In this document: positions 44,111 through 62,500 of the stretch, piece after piece
Position numbering within the stretch: the first letter of the stretch is position 1
Layout: each line of letters starts with the position of its first letter
Origin: the human T2T-CHM13v2.0 reference genome, Homo sapiens
Assembly (NCBI RefSeq): GCF_009914755.1
Contig: NC_060925.1
Length of the DNA: 64,000 nucleotides
Strand: one strand, 5' to 3'
Notes under the pieces: generated by a model
The model's database searches: none
Seen by the model: the letters and a program-made list of their open reading frames with translations, nothing else
Told to the model about the DNA's origin: nothing
Made by a program: the position numbers and the translations under genes

Positions 44111-44111
<1 letters not shown>

Positions 44112-45837
44112 GTCCTGGTTGTGACAATTCTAAAACTACTTCATGTGCTTTGTTTTACAATGTTGATATTGTGGGGGCGGTGGGTGGGTGGCTCTTTTAC
44201 TGAGGAAGAAAGGAATATTATTTGGCAATAAAAAGGTTAATGCATGTCACGTAACACAGATGAGCATCAGATTCCATTTATATGGAATTCTGAAACAGGC
44301 AACATTAATACATGACGAAAGAAACCAGAACAGTGGTTTACTTGGGGGAGCTGGGGCAGAGGTGGTGATGGGGAGTAGGACCTTGTAATTTAAGTATAAT
44401 CACAATCAGCTTTATTTATAATAATCACTTCATCACAAGGAAGCTTTTCTCAGTATCAATGCATAAATATATATAAAAACACAGTTAGCAAACTTCCAGT
44501 CTTTTCCTTCCCAGCCAGTGTGAAATTGCTTATAAAATTTCTGTTGACTTTTGCCATTTATTTACACCTACTGGCAGAATGTCCACCATGGCCAACTTGA
44601 CTCTGACCATTCCTAAAGTAAAGACTGATCTAAAGGATCTGGAATAAGGTCTACCTGATATTCAAAAAGAGAAGCACAAGCCATCTGCCCTGAGTGATAA
44701 GCGGCATGACTTTTTCTTATTATGCAGCACTGTTATACTGTGCAAGAGTGTCCCATACAATGCAATTTACACAGCTGTACTGCTCTCACTGAGAAGATGC
44801 CCTTTAAAACAATGCTGTATTTTTGCTCGAAATTTTACATACTTTAAGATAAAGAATGGACTGGAAAGTAATTTCTACTAAAGAAAACTTCTATAAGAAA
44901 ACATACGGTTTTTAAAAATCTATGAGACTGCATTTCAAAGTATCTTTTATTATTGGCAACTAAAAATTACTTTCTCCAATAATGGCAATCTGCAAAACAA
45001 ACTGCTGTATTTTCACAGTGTCCAATCTGTTGTTTCTCTACAACTAATAACTTCTTGAATAAAAGTGCCCAGACTTTTTCCTAAAATTCAGATTTTGACA
45101 CTATAATCTACATTATATTTATATAATCATCTGAATTCCAGTACCTTAATTACAATAAAACATGCACTTTTTAAAAAACATTTTGTGCTTAAAATTTCTT
45201 ATTGACACAATCAACCCTTTTGTCTATTTTTAATAGTAATAATAAAATTTCCCAGTAGGTAAAAGAAACATACAAATTATGTAAAATTTATTCTAATTGT
45301 TGATTATCAATATTTGATTCTCAGAATAGTAGCAGTTTTAACACTTTTACTACAATCACAAGTGCTAGTTCATGTCAGAATAAGTAGACTAAACCTTTAT
45401 CTGTGTATCTCTCAAGCACGTAAGTTAATGTCAAAAAAACAAAGATAAGATATAATACTAAGCATTTCAATTCTGTGTGGATATTTGTATATTACACAAG
45501 CTTTTACATGTCAGTGTATTTCAATCCTTTCCAACAAACTAAACAAACTAAATTTTGATATCTGGTCTTTTTTTATTTTTATTTTATTTTTTTTTAACTC
45601 CAAGCTACTGTATATTCTTTCAAATCTCTGTAAATATTCTGTATTTCTAGGTTTTTGGTCCTATTATTTTAGCAATATATAATGACATAATTCTGTATTT
45701 AAGACAATGATTTCTTCCAATGTGATTTTTTTTCCCCATATGGATAATATTCTGAAGGGCCATAATATAGCATGCCTGCCAGGGCAGGTTGAGGGGAGGA
45801 AGGAAGCATGGTTATAAACAGCACCACTGGCATATAT

Positions 45838-45852
45838 CCACTAGGTGTCAGT
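45838..45852 (+). promoter_or_regulatory. Candidate CTCF core motif
   Basis: CCACTAGGTGTCAGT vs consensus CCASYAGRKGGCRS; motif only, binding unknown. Confidence 0.45.
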
Positions 45853-47394
45853 CATGCAGTTAGCATCAATTTACATTCTTAATCCTGATGGTCATAAACA
45901 CAAATTCTATTAAAGCTACCCCTGATTCAGTATGAACATACCACAGAGACTCCTAGAATTTTATGCAATGTGGAATAAAGTCTTGTGACTAGAAGAGCTA
46001 CTGTTTTGCACTAGTGAGGACTTCAGTCATCAATGAAATGCAGGCTTTTCCGAAGTGCCATTGTTAGTTGAGGACAACTGTGTTGGGGGCAGTTGTGATG
46101 ACTCTAATCAGTTTAGATTGATATGGTATCTAAATGAGAGAATGATAGGGTATCATTTCAGAGAGTTCTCTTGAAAGATTTAGCTTATGGAAACAGGGAA
46201 GCACAATGCAGAATATTTCTTATATATTTAACATTTAGAATATTTCAAAGAATACCCCCTCCCCAAATGCTGATTATATTGAGAATAAAATAGTCTTGGG
46301 GAAATTGACTTAAGAACACAAGACATCTTGGGTTGTTGCTACCAAAATCAAAAATTAGTTCTATTCTTTCAGACACCTGATGTATTCTTCTCAGTAAAAC
46401 AATGTGTGAGTTTTATAGGAGAGGTTCTTAAGGATTCTTTTAGAAAAGTGTCATATAAGGTGCTTACTGTTTCTGGGAAGGCAGTATAATGACTGTCTAC
46501 TCAGTTATCAGATTGTCTCAATCCAGTTCAAAGTGTTAATTGTCACCGTGGACTATGTTTGAACTCCTTGCTGTATGACTAATCCCAAGCATTAGTCACC
46601 ATAATCCCAAGCATTCCACACAATTTCCAAATAAATATGGGAGGCAAAATAGAAATAAGGTTCATAAAGATCTTTAGGAAAGGCTTGGTTCCTTCAACAG
46701 TAAAATTAACGAACCAAATTAAGTGGTCTCAGATTTTCTTTCCAGCTCTGCTGTTTTGTGATTCTATGATGCAACATGTTGTTTTCCTTAAAACAATGGA
46801 AACTTTTTATGATGAGTAGTTGTAACATGTTAGTTGTTCTTAAAGATAGAAAAATGTAAATATGTGTTATCAATTACATTACTCCTCAACCCTGATCCCT
46901 GCTTTTGTGGTCTAAAAGTTTATCATTTTTCTCCCTTCTCACACCCAGTGCAAGTCAAGGATTTCTCTTCCAGAGTTATCTTTATGTTGCTTCTATTCCC
47001 ATTTCTCATTTCCAATCCCAACTCATCATCCACTCCCTAGCCCTGCACTCCCACTTAAAACGAGATCGTCTTTGAAGAAATATTAATTTGGAGATTTAGT
47101 GAGATCCTACCCTACTTAAAGTCTGCTGCAGATAAAGTCACAGTCAGGCAAGGAACTATAGTTACAGGATGTTTCCAAGGCATGAGGAGCAGCATATAAT
47201 ACTCTCAGTACTTTTGACACCATTGTGATGATGAGATTTCATAACTGAGAATCAGATAAGCATACAATCTATATCATGCTTGTTGAGAAGATCAAAAAAG
47301 TGGAACTTGGAATTCTAAGATGTGCAGATACAACACCTGTCCTCAGAGTATCATCCAGTTTCTATGCATCCTTTTTATAAAACCTTGCATTAAT

Positions 47395-47600
47395 TCAGCT
47401 TCTCAACAAATATTTATTGGCCAACTCTATGCCAAGCACTGTGCTGAGCCTTGGAAATGAAGCTGTGAAACAGGCAAAGGCTATCTGTTGTCAAAGGATT
47501 TAAAGTCTAGTAGAGAATAGTGATGAATTAAAGCACATAAGGTTCTAATGGGAAATAAAAATCACTGGGTTATTCTTACATAATACAGCACTAGTATGGT
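47395..47600 (-). mobile_element. L2 3' end
   Basis: tcaacaaatatttattggccaactctatgccaagcactgtgctgagcc...aaagtctagtagaga. Confidence 0.7.
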
Positions 47601-49899
47601 TACCAGTATAAATAAAACATAATGCTGTACAGAGCAGACATGTAGATTCTCCCAAGCAATGTGTCCTAAATTGCAGGATGATTTCCATGTAAATTGCAGA
47701 GCTATAGTTCCAGGGAGTCTTAGATGCATGAACTGAGACAGTTCTAAAGAATCCCTTCATTCAGTTACTACTTTAGAATTCTGGAAGCCTGTATGAACCT
47801 AAGAAATACATTGCTCAGAGATCAGATTCTAGCCCACTGTTTTCATTAATTTTATTTTTATTTCCTCAAAAACCTTATCAAAGTGTGATGCCTTTGAAAT
47901 GAAAAGCTATTCCCTCCTTCCTTTATACTTTTGATGTTAGGCTCCCTCGGAAAGACTTTAAGTAGAAAACCCTTGGAAGGCCTCAAAGCCAATCCTGCTG
48001 TCACTTTGCACAACTTATAAAGGACAAACTAGCTAATAGACTACTAGAAAGGAGAAGTTTATTAAACCAAGCAATTAGCTCTTTACTTTAAAGGGATTTG
48101 ATGAGACTAAATGAAGTAAAATATAAGAGGTAACTTAAGTTTTTTTGAAAGGGAAGACAAAGTGTTCAGGGCTATAGGAATAAAGGTACAAAGATTTAAT
48201 GAATATTTGTCCGGTGCTTTACACTTTATAAGTGGTTTTCACTTACTTTATTGGCTCCTCACAATAGCTGTTAAATAAGCAGGGCAGATACAGAGCTTTC
48301 TGTGGTCCCTGAATATGGGTCATCAAAGTAACAATGAAACACATACCTTGCAAGTTTATATAAACCTCGCTGAGTGGTGAGGGGCGGAATGCTGTTGGGG
48401 CTGGCCAGCAAGATCTCACTACAGCACAGCGTTAGCAACCATGCACAGGCTGACAAGAATAAGGAGAGAGGAACTGCTGGGCGAGCATGACTCCCAGAAG
48501 ACAGATGGAGGGGCTATTAGACACAATTAAGCCAAGTCTCAGAGAGGCTAAAATGAGGTATTTAAGACTGTATAGTCTGATGACACACCACTCATTAGTC
48601 ACCCAGTTTAGTAACAGTCCTTCTAATATGCCATATTTTCTCTTAAACAGTTGTTAAAGCAAGGGACAGGGTGGTTGGTCTTCCTGGGTTGAAGGCTTAC
48701 TATATGCAAGATGAATTTGAGGTACTGGGCGTACATTACCTCTGTAGTAAAGGTGTGTGGATATTAACTTTTCTTAAAATTTAAATTATATTTTCAGTGT
48801 CCTAAAGAAAAAATTCTACCATCAGCTCTCCTGGAAAGCGAGAAATTGGGTTATAAAGCAAATGTTCTACTCCTTATCCCAATTTACCTTCCATAGTCTT
48901 AAAGCCAAAACCTCAGGTACTGGTCATATCCTGGCATGAAAAATAATTAGATTGCACTTACATAAAGGAGGTTATGAACTGAGCCTTTTCAGACTCCAAA
49001 ATGTTCTAGACAAAAGCAAACAAGCTAAGGATTTGTTCCCTATCAAGAAAATTGTTCATCTATATCCCCTCTCATTTCCTCAATATTTTGACCTTACCCC
49101 AGCTGGTTAGCCAGCCCCACAATCCATTTAGACTTTAGAACAGAAATAAAATGCATACATACATACTGTAGCTGTAATTCAATTAATCTTCTCCTTGGGT
49201 TTCCTCTGCTCTGTGCCAGGGTCATTTGTAAGGCCATCACTCAGTCCAAACTGTTGCACCTGTGCTGCTATTGAAACACCCCTTCCTCCCTTTCACCCCT
49301 CCCTCGCCTCTATCCTCCCAGGCACAGTGCCCTAATCACCTTTTTCCCAGGCACAAAAGCTTTCCTTTGCAAGAAGGAATGTCAGAATTCCCCCAAGCAT
49401 TGGCAAGGAAATATTTAAATGTAATCAGAGGATCTTCCTTTGTTTTCTTTTTTTTTCCTGGGGAAATTAATCTCTCTAAGGTACTGGATGTATTCTTTTG
49501 CTCTTCCGTGAGGCAACATCATCATACAGTGCTGAAGTGGTCACAGCTTGCAAAGGCTAAATATTTTCTTCTCCTTTGCTGCTGACATAGATGATACGTG
49601 CCTGGTTTCCTCAAGCATCTCTAATTGAATACTTTGCTTCATTTAAATTGTTTTAAACTTGGCTGTGAGAAATGTGTGTATGTATGTCCCATCCCTCCCC
49701 CACGTAGAATATGAATGCAGACTGGCAGCTGTGGCTCCCCTAATAGCTGCCCTCTCCCAGCTGTAGTCCCTTCAACTCTATCAAGCTTGAGAAACTTTCC
49801 AGTCCAGTTCTCTCCAGTCATTGCCAGACTTTGAGTTTCATATAGTTCCTAGGAGAAAAGCTAGACTCTGTTATATAGCTTTATAAGTTGGAAGAGCTT

Positions 49900-50093
49900 T
49901 TAAAGTCAAACTAGTCTTACTTAAATCTCTGCTCCACCACTTGCAGCTGTGTGAGCTTAGACAAATTACTTGACCTCTCTGAACTTCAGTTTTATTATTT
50001 GTGGTAGGACAAAACCAACTGCATAGGGCTGCTGTGAGCATGAAATGGGATTTTATACATATATATATTCTAGTATAATCCCTGGCACATACT
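49900..50093 (+). mobile_element. MIR
   Basis: gctccaccacttgcagctgtgtgagcttagacaaattacttgacctctctgaacttcagttt. Confidence 0.8.
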
Positions 50094-50640
50094 TGTTTTA
50101 AGCATTTTTTTTATTTTCTATATTTTATGATGTTCTAATATCTCAGAAAGCTTGCTGGCCAGGGAGAGACTTCACCTCCCAGGAGTAGCCAATTCTTATA
50201 CAAAACAGGGGTCTCCAGGGAGCACCAACCAATCCCGAGTCTACAGCCTCAACCATTTCCTTGTCTAGCTCTCACACATAAAGCCAATATTTCCACACCC
50301 CTGAATAACTCTAGGGAACAGATCTATGCAACTAAAGACCACCTCTATGCCCCAAAGCCCCCTAGAATTATTGAAACTGCCAACCTTAAGCTCTTCGCCC
50401 TGCCCTGCCTTGCCTTTCCTGCAGAAACCCCAATAAAGGCTCTAGCCTCAGCTTTCCCCTCGCTCCCACTTCTGCTTCCTGGCACTGGAACCTCCTCCAT
50501 GGTCCTGAGTTGCATGCCTTGCCTCTCATTTCCTGGGGAGCTGTGAGCAGCAGTGAGCCTTTCTTTTAATGGCATTACCTCTCTGTGTCGTCACACAGTC
50601 ATACCTCTCTCAGTTACACTGCGGGTATAATTTTAGAACA
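50094..50640 (+). mobile_element. MER74 (ERVL) solo LTR
   Basis: cctcccaggagtagccaattc...accaaccaatcc...ctatgccccaaagccc..gaattatt.aaact..gaaaccccaataaaggctc; TG...CA ends. Confidence 0.78.
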
Positions 50641-50812
50641 GTATTTAATGAATGTGAACATCTCCCCTTCCCATATTGTCATTTAACGATTCCTGAGTGT
50701 CCATAAGTTGTAATTAGATATAGTGGACACAAACACAGAGAATTTCACTCCATTGCTATCAAACCAACAAGATGTAGACAGACCTGAAGGCTTGTTAGGT
50801 AAAGCTCTGCGG

Positions 50813-50994
50813 CAGTGGTTCTCAGGCTTTAGCTGGCATCAGAGTCACCAGGAGAGTTGTGAAAACCCGGATTACTGGACCCAACATCCAGTTTCTGATT
50901 CAGGAGGTCTGCGTTGGCCTTCCAGAATTTGGATTTGTAAGAAGTTCCCAGGTGCTATTGCTACTGGCTCAGGGACCATATTTTGAGAACCATA
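50813..50994. mobile_element. MER5A
   Basis: cagtggttctca...agtttctgattcaggaggtctg...aagttcccaggtg...gggaccatattttgagaacca. Confidence 0.88.
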
Positions 50995-51499
50995 GCTTTA
51001 GAGGATGTGAAAATGAGCAGTTTGGGGAAAATAACTGGCGTGATAGGATAAACAAATATCTCAAGTTGAATAGAATCAAAGTTTTGGAGTTTGGGGGAAA
51101 CATCAACAAAGGAGATCCCTGCTTCACAAAAGGTGCCTAGATTACTTAGGCAGAGTTCCCAGAGTAAAACACGCTCTCAGTCTCAGAGAAAGAGCCACTC
51201 GGAGAATTTTCTGTTGTTTGTTTTGTTTCTGGATTTTTTTAGATGTCCATTGTTTATTTCCCTTTCCCTACATTTTTTGGCTAGCAGGGTCAATATGAAA
51301 GCTTATCATTTATCCAGCAGAAGTAAAGTGCTCTATAGTCTGCTTTGGTGATAAACGGAGGCCAGCGATGACTTAAATTATCTACTAACATTGTAGTGCG
51401 GCCACAATGAGTGGCGTGAGGAGGCCTCATCAGGCCATGCAGCTGACCAGCCTGTTGGGGAGAGAGCCCCACAGCAACTTGCACTGACACCCTGGAAAG

Positions 51500-51670
51500 C
51501 AGTTCTGGGGGCGTTAGCACTGACTCATTGAATCTTCACTAGAATTCTTTGAGGTAAGTATTTCAATCTCCCCTCTACTAGAAGTAGAAAACTAAAGCTC
51601 AGGGAGGCATTCAGCCATTTCCCCCAATTATTAAATGATATCACCTGGATTTTTCAGGTCTGCCTGCAAG
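51500..51670 (-). mobile_element. MIR
   Basis: tcattgaatcttcact...tgaggtaagtatt...gaaaactaaagctcagggagg. Confidence 0.6.
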
Positions 51671-52039
51671 ACTATTTCGACTCTGTTATTTCAGTTCCCT
51701 TTTCTGTGAAATGAGGAAGCCTGAACTAGGAATCTTCAGTTCTTGCTGGCTCATTCATTCTGTGATTTTCCAGGTTTTCTCTTCTAAATGTAGAGTGATT
51801 TTTCTTTTTTAAAATAGTCCACACATTCCCAACACAGGCACATAAATAGTGTCACTCTTTTAAACTATCACATCAACACAGAGCATTTAATAACAACAGC
51901 ATTTTTTCTCCCTCAGCTTGGTTTTAAGCCTCTATTCTTTGGCAGGTCTGTCTTGTCCCCAGGTTTCTAGGAATGAACTAAAGGAACTTTTGCATCTGCA
52001 TGAACTAATAGCCTCTTATGAAGCAATGTGGGCTGTAAG

Positions 52040-52537
<498 letters not shown>

Positions 52538-53197
52538 CTACAAAGCCTCCCTCAGAGGTCATCCCTGGGCTCTGTATTGTCAGGAAAAACAAGGAGTGGG
52601 GAGGGAGCTTAGAAACTGAACAATGCATGAGGTAGGAACAATGAAGAAAAGCCTTTTCCCTCCTCCACGAGCTGTAACTGCTGCTTCCTTCTGCACATTG
52701 CACTGTGGTCAGGGAGCCTTGTTAACTACAGCTCCAACACCACTTTATAAATCATTACTCACTTCCTGTCCATTAACATTACCAAACAGCAGGGGACAAC
52801 TTGTAAGCTATTATCCTGTAGTCAAGCCCTTGCATCAAAAACATTAGCTCACCAAGTATATTTGTACATTTTAGTAAGGATTGCTCTTTCCTAAGTCAAG
52901 TTTTAAATCTCCCCCGCCAACACACACACTATTTCCACCTCTTTACAACTGCATACATGTAAATACCCTGACTTATCTTTCTCTTTTACTACATCATTAT
53001 CAAATAACCAAATTTCCCTATTCTTACCATGATCATCAATAGAACAAAGGTATTAGTAAACACCAGAAACCATCAGATAATGCAAAAAGACAATTCAAAC
53101 CATGAGGTCTGCCCCCTGGGAACTTCTCTAGGTGCTATGGATACAAAGATGAACAAGACACTTTTTTGTGAATCCATTTAAAATATTTGGGAAATTT

Positions 53198-53502
53198 GGC
53201 CCGGTGCGGTGTCTCACGCCTGTAATCCCAATACTTCAGGAGGCCAAAGCAGGCAGATCACTAGAAGCCAGGAGCTTGAGACCAGCCTGGCCAACATGGC
53301 AAAACCCCATTTCTACTAAAAAACAAAAATTAGCTAGATATGGTGGTGTGGGCTTCTAATCTCAGCTACTTGGGAGGCTGGGGCTAGAGAATTGCTCCAC
53401 CTGGGAGGTGGAGGCTGCAGTGAGCCAAGATCTTGCTATTGCACTCCAGCCTGGACAACAGAGTGAGAGTCGGTTTCAAATAAATAAATAAATAAATAAA
53501 TA
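53198..53502 (+). mobile_element. Alu (old S/J type) with (TAAA)n tail
   Basis: Alu consensus; TSD aa(a/g)tatttgggaaattt. Confidence 0.92.
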
Positions 53503-53924
53503 AAGTATTTGGGAAATTTAAATGATTTGGAAAGGATTCTTCAGGCCTCTTGAACTACTGTGAATACCTGGTGCCCACTCAATGCACAAGTATCCTTTTC
53601 CTGGAATTACTTCCTCCTCCCTGACAAGTAGATGCTGGCAACAATCTCAGTGGATAATTTGTGTCTCTGATCCCTTGGCCACGGCAGATTGTACCAGAAC
53701 ATAGGCCTGATAAAAGCAGTGTCCATTTTATTTCTCACCTGGGAATTTGAGATTCAGATTGAGAAACAGCTACTCAGCCTCTGAGCATGGTTGGAACTAG
53801 GACTTGGTAACTGGAGAGCTGTGGAAGAACGGGTTCTGTGTATGGATTCAAGATGTGGAAAAAGCCAGTGAAGGGAGAAAAGGAGAAAGCAGACAAAATG
53901 AAGAGAGAGTGGCTTTTTCTCCCA

Positions 53925-54260
53925 TTCATTCAAAATACATTTGTTAATGGCCTTCTGTGCATGTATGTGTCAAACACAGTTCTGAACTCTAGAAACAGAG
54001 GCGTGAAGAGGTAAAATCCCTGCCTAAGAATGACAATAAATGAGAAGATAAATAATTAATAATATGATATATCAGATCAGTGCTAAAAAGAAAAATTAAA
54101 AATGTAACCTTTATTATCTAGAAATAAAAAGTTCTACAAAGGTGTAGGGCAATTTCAAATGGAGTAGTCAGGAAGACCTCACTGAGAATAAGACATTTGA
54201 GAAAAGACCTGAGGGAGATGAAGCAGTGAACATCTTAAAGGGAGATACATTGGCACTTTG
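53925..54260 (-). mobile_element. L2a fragment
   Basis: cattcattcaaaatacatttg...gtagtcaggaagacctcactgagaataagacatttgagaaaagacctga. Confidence 0.72.
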
Positions 54261-57169
54261 GAGGTACCTTGAATTTGAACAACTAACTTCACAACCTAAA
54301 ATTTAAAGTACATTTGCATAACATCCTCTAAGATATCATCTCTCTCCTTTGCCTTTGACAAGTATTACTCAAGCACCCATTGTATATCTACTGTGTGGAG
54401 TCAGGACAGACAAGTGGATGGAGTGGATATGGAGTGAGTAGTGGCCTGGGAGTGCTGACATCAGCGAGAGAAACAGGCAGAGTGCAATGCAGGGTATCAC
54501 ATGGCAGGATGAAGGCCTTCGGGTATAGAGTACTGGGTCACAGACCTACTTGGATTATAATGTTTACAGCCATCTCCATGCTCCACTCCACAACTATGCA
54601 GGACAAAATAAGAGGAGCTACCACCACTCAAGCCTGTCCCCCACTTCCCAGAAAGGAGGTAACCTAAGGAAATGTCAATATTCAGTTAAAACATGGAAGC
54701 GGTAGTCTAGAATCTAGGTCAGAAAAAGCTACCGTGTTTAAAGACCTTGTGTGAATCGGAAGCTGAGAATGTTTCATGCTTATTGAGGGTCTAAAGATAA
54801 AATATTGTTCTCTTGTTTTAAATAAAATGTATTAAAAGAAGGGCTTCTGTATTTATGGGAAATTAGACTATATTCCAACTTCAAATCTATATTTTTATTA
54901 TGCTATGATGTCATCATAAACAGCAAGTGACATTCCCTTTGGGTGAAAGAATAAGGCATGGCAAACTCAAGTTTTCACAAGTTAATAGGCAAATTACCCT
55001 CACAGTGGGATAACTGAGACCAAAGAGAAGGGAGGCATAAAGAAGTTAAAGAAAATAACAAGAAAGAACAAATCATTTAGATGGAAGGGGGGATGGAGGG
55101 AAGGGATCTGAAATTGAGGCACTAGAGCAGCTGCTGGCAGCCCAGCATCCAGTGTATTATGAGGAGAGGCTGAAGATCGGAAAGGTTCTCTTTTCTCTGG
55201 GAGCCTGCTAATCTTCAGGCACTACCACAAATAAGCGATATATCTGAATTATTATGAGCATGCAATATTTTGAATGACTTCAGGCTTCATTAGGTTACGG
55301 TACCACATAAGTCATGTCACACTGTACTTGGATGAGCTGGTACATATTTGTTCCTTTCCTAGAGGTTAAAATATGTTTTATTTTTTTCAGCTTCTTTTAA
55401 ATCTGTAAATAGCAAGGCTCAGAAGACTGCACTTTGTCCAATGTATCAAAATAAACCTTGGCCACAGCTATCATTGTATCATAGCAGGGTCAATATGAAC
55501 CAATAATATAATCCTTCAAATCATAATTTGGTTCCAAATCATTTTAGGTTTAGGATTCAGTGGGGGAGTGGAGGGGAAGGTTGCAATACCAAATGAAAGG
55601 AGAATACATTATAGAATGAAGGAGAAAACCAAGGTGGGGATGGCAGAAGTGGGAGGAAGGTAGAGGGCAGGGACCATCATCACACCAAGGGCATGACTCC
55701 AGCATGGCCCCTTCCAATGCAGCCTGCTCCAACTCACCTCTCCCCTGAGCTCTAGAGAGAATGATCTACTTGCAGATGCCATCACACCTGCTATTTTGAA
55801 ATATTTCCCACATCCATGCAGTTGGTCTTCCAGCTTTATTTCTCAAGCATCCTGCCCTGTTGTACAACCACAAGCACTATCTTTCAAGATACAGTTCCAT
55901 CTCCACCATCTAGAATTGTCTGAAATATTTGCCTCCCATTCCAGAAATGGAGAATTGACCATGCCCTTCTTTGTCTCTCCTTTCCCCCTTCTCCCAATCA
56001 CATAGTCTTAACAGAACAATTATATTTTATTAAACTTAGATGTCAGATCCCTTCCTATCAGACTTAAAGCTCCTTGAGGGCAAGAATGGTGTCTTTTTCA
56101 TTGTTACTTACCAGGATCTAGCAATTAAAAGTCAAGCAGTCCAGTTATATACAACTTTAACTCTCATGACATCAACTAATATATTTTAGATAATTATCTG
56201 ATCAATTGGGAAATTCAGGCTAAAGTAGATGATGTCTTCTTTCCAAGTCCACAAACTGAACTTTAACCTCTGACCATGATTCCAAGTACAATGTGTTTGG
56301 AAGATGCTAAAAACTAGATTCCAGCGGACATAGGGTCATGTGGGCTGCTTCAGCTCTTTTTGGAAGAAAGGGAATAAAGTGAAGAATGTTCAATTGTCAG
56401 TTATTTACACTCAAAAGACCGGAGGAAGAACTGTGTGTGGTCAGAAAATTAATCCTTAGCCCTTCTCAGAGGAAATTCATTTCAAATCTTGATCTCCTTA
56501 ATTCTAATTTAGTTGTACCCACTAACTATTAGATGGTTCAATGCAGAAGTTCCGTAGTTACTTCAAATACAACAGTAGCAAATCTGAATCCATCATTATC
56601 TCACTTAATAATCTCTTCCTGTCAATAACCCCTCACTCCCTGGGCTGCAAGGCTCAACTATTGGGATACTGTTAATTCTCTCCTCTTTTTCACATCTCAC
56701 ACATTATGATTATCTTACATATGCATCAGGCTTTAGAGTTTTAAAAACACCATCATATATAAATTGTCTCATTTAATCTTTGCAGTAAACCTGCTCAAGA
56801 TTTTTTTTTTAAATGAACATTGGAAAAATTGGCCAGGTCAGTAAGTTAATAATAATGATACATCCAAGACTCAGATCTCAGTCTTCTGACTCCAAATTTA
56901 GGTCTCACCTTCAAGCACTTATAAAGCCTATTTCATTTTATTTGAAACATTGATCCTTCTTTTCACTCCTACTGCTACCTAACTATCTTGGTGCTGACCC
57001 TCAGTTATTTAAGCCTCAATAACTACATTTGTCTCCACGTATCTAAATTGACTAATCTCCATCCATCCTCTTGATGATAATGACAAGTTAATATGCCTCA
57101 AACATTGTGTTCTTCATACCCATAACAATATAATAGATTTCAACAGCATTCACTGCCCCAAGAATAAGC

Positions 57170-57615
57170 TACACAAGAATATGTTTGGGAGCAGCATGGA
57201 AAAGGAAAAGACACTCTCATAAATTTCTGGTGGTGATGGCGGTGATGGCTATTGGTATAACTTTTCTGAGGATAAATTTGGAAATATCTACTGACATGCA
57301 AAATATGCATGCCCTATGCCTTAGCAAGTTTACTTTAAGGATTTATATTGTGAAAAACTTATTTAAGATTACAAATACATATTACAATTCAGGATGATTG
57401 CGACATTGTTTTCAGTAGTTATAAATTGAAACACTTTAAATGTTTATCAAAAGTGAGTTTGTTAATTAAACAAAGTTTAGTTCATACAATGGAATGCAAT
57501 GTAGTTATTTAAAAGACTGATGTAGATCTATGTGCATCAACATGATAAGATGGCCTATAAAAAGTGAAATAAGCAATAAGAGAAATATATTATTATTCAT
57601 ACCATTGTGTTAAAA

Positions 57616-57646
<31 letters not shown>

Positions 57647-57820
57647 AATAGGAAATCTATTTGTGTTTGAATAAGAAAAAGGCTGAAAATACATATATGA
57701 TACTCTTAAAAGGGTTTTATTTTGAGTCGCAACATTATAGAAAACTACTTTTTAGTTTTTTTAATCCTTTGAAATTTCAAACTATGTTTTTTAATGTCAG
57801 AAAAAAATCAATCAATAAAT
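57170..57820 (+). mobile_element. L1ME-like 3' end with (TATG)n
   Basis: attggtataacttttctgaggataaatttggaaatatct, catacaatggaatgcaatgtagttattt. Confidence 0.62.
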
Positions 57821-57879
57821 ATATAGGAAATTGACTGCTAGCATTGAATGTGAGGCTTTTTTAAAGGTATATTTATAAA

Positions 57880-62499
<4,620 letters not shown>

Positions 62500-62500
<1 letters not shown>

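Noticed and set aside
54380-54900. Weak resemblance to sacsin C-terminal motifs (TLYPKAFILP, VAFSDL)
   Set aside because: Spacing is incompatible, no HPD J-domain motif is visible, and the interval looks like an old LTR-type repeat; likely over-fitting
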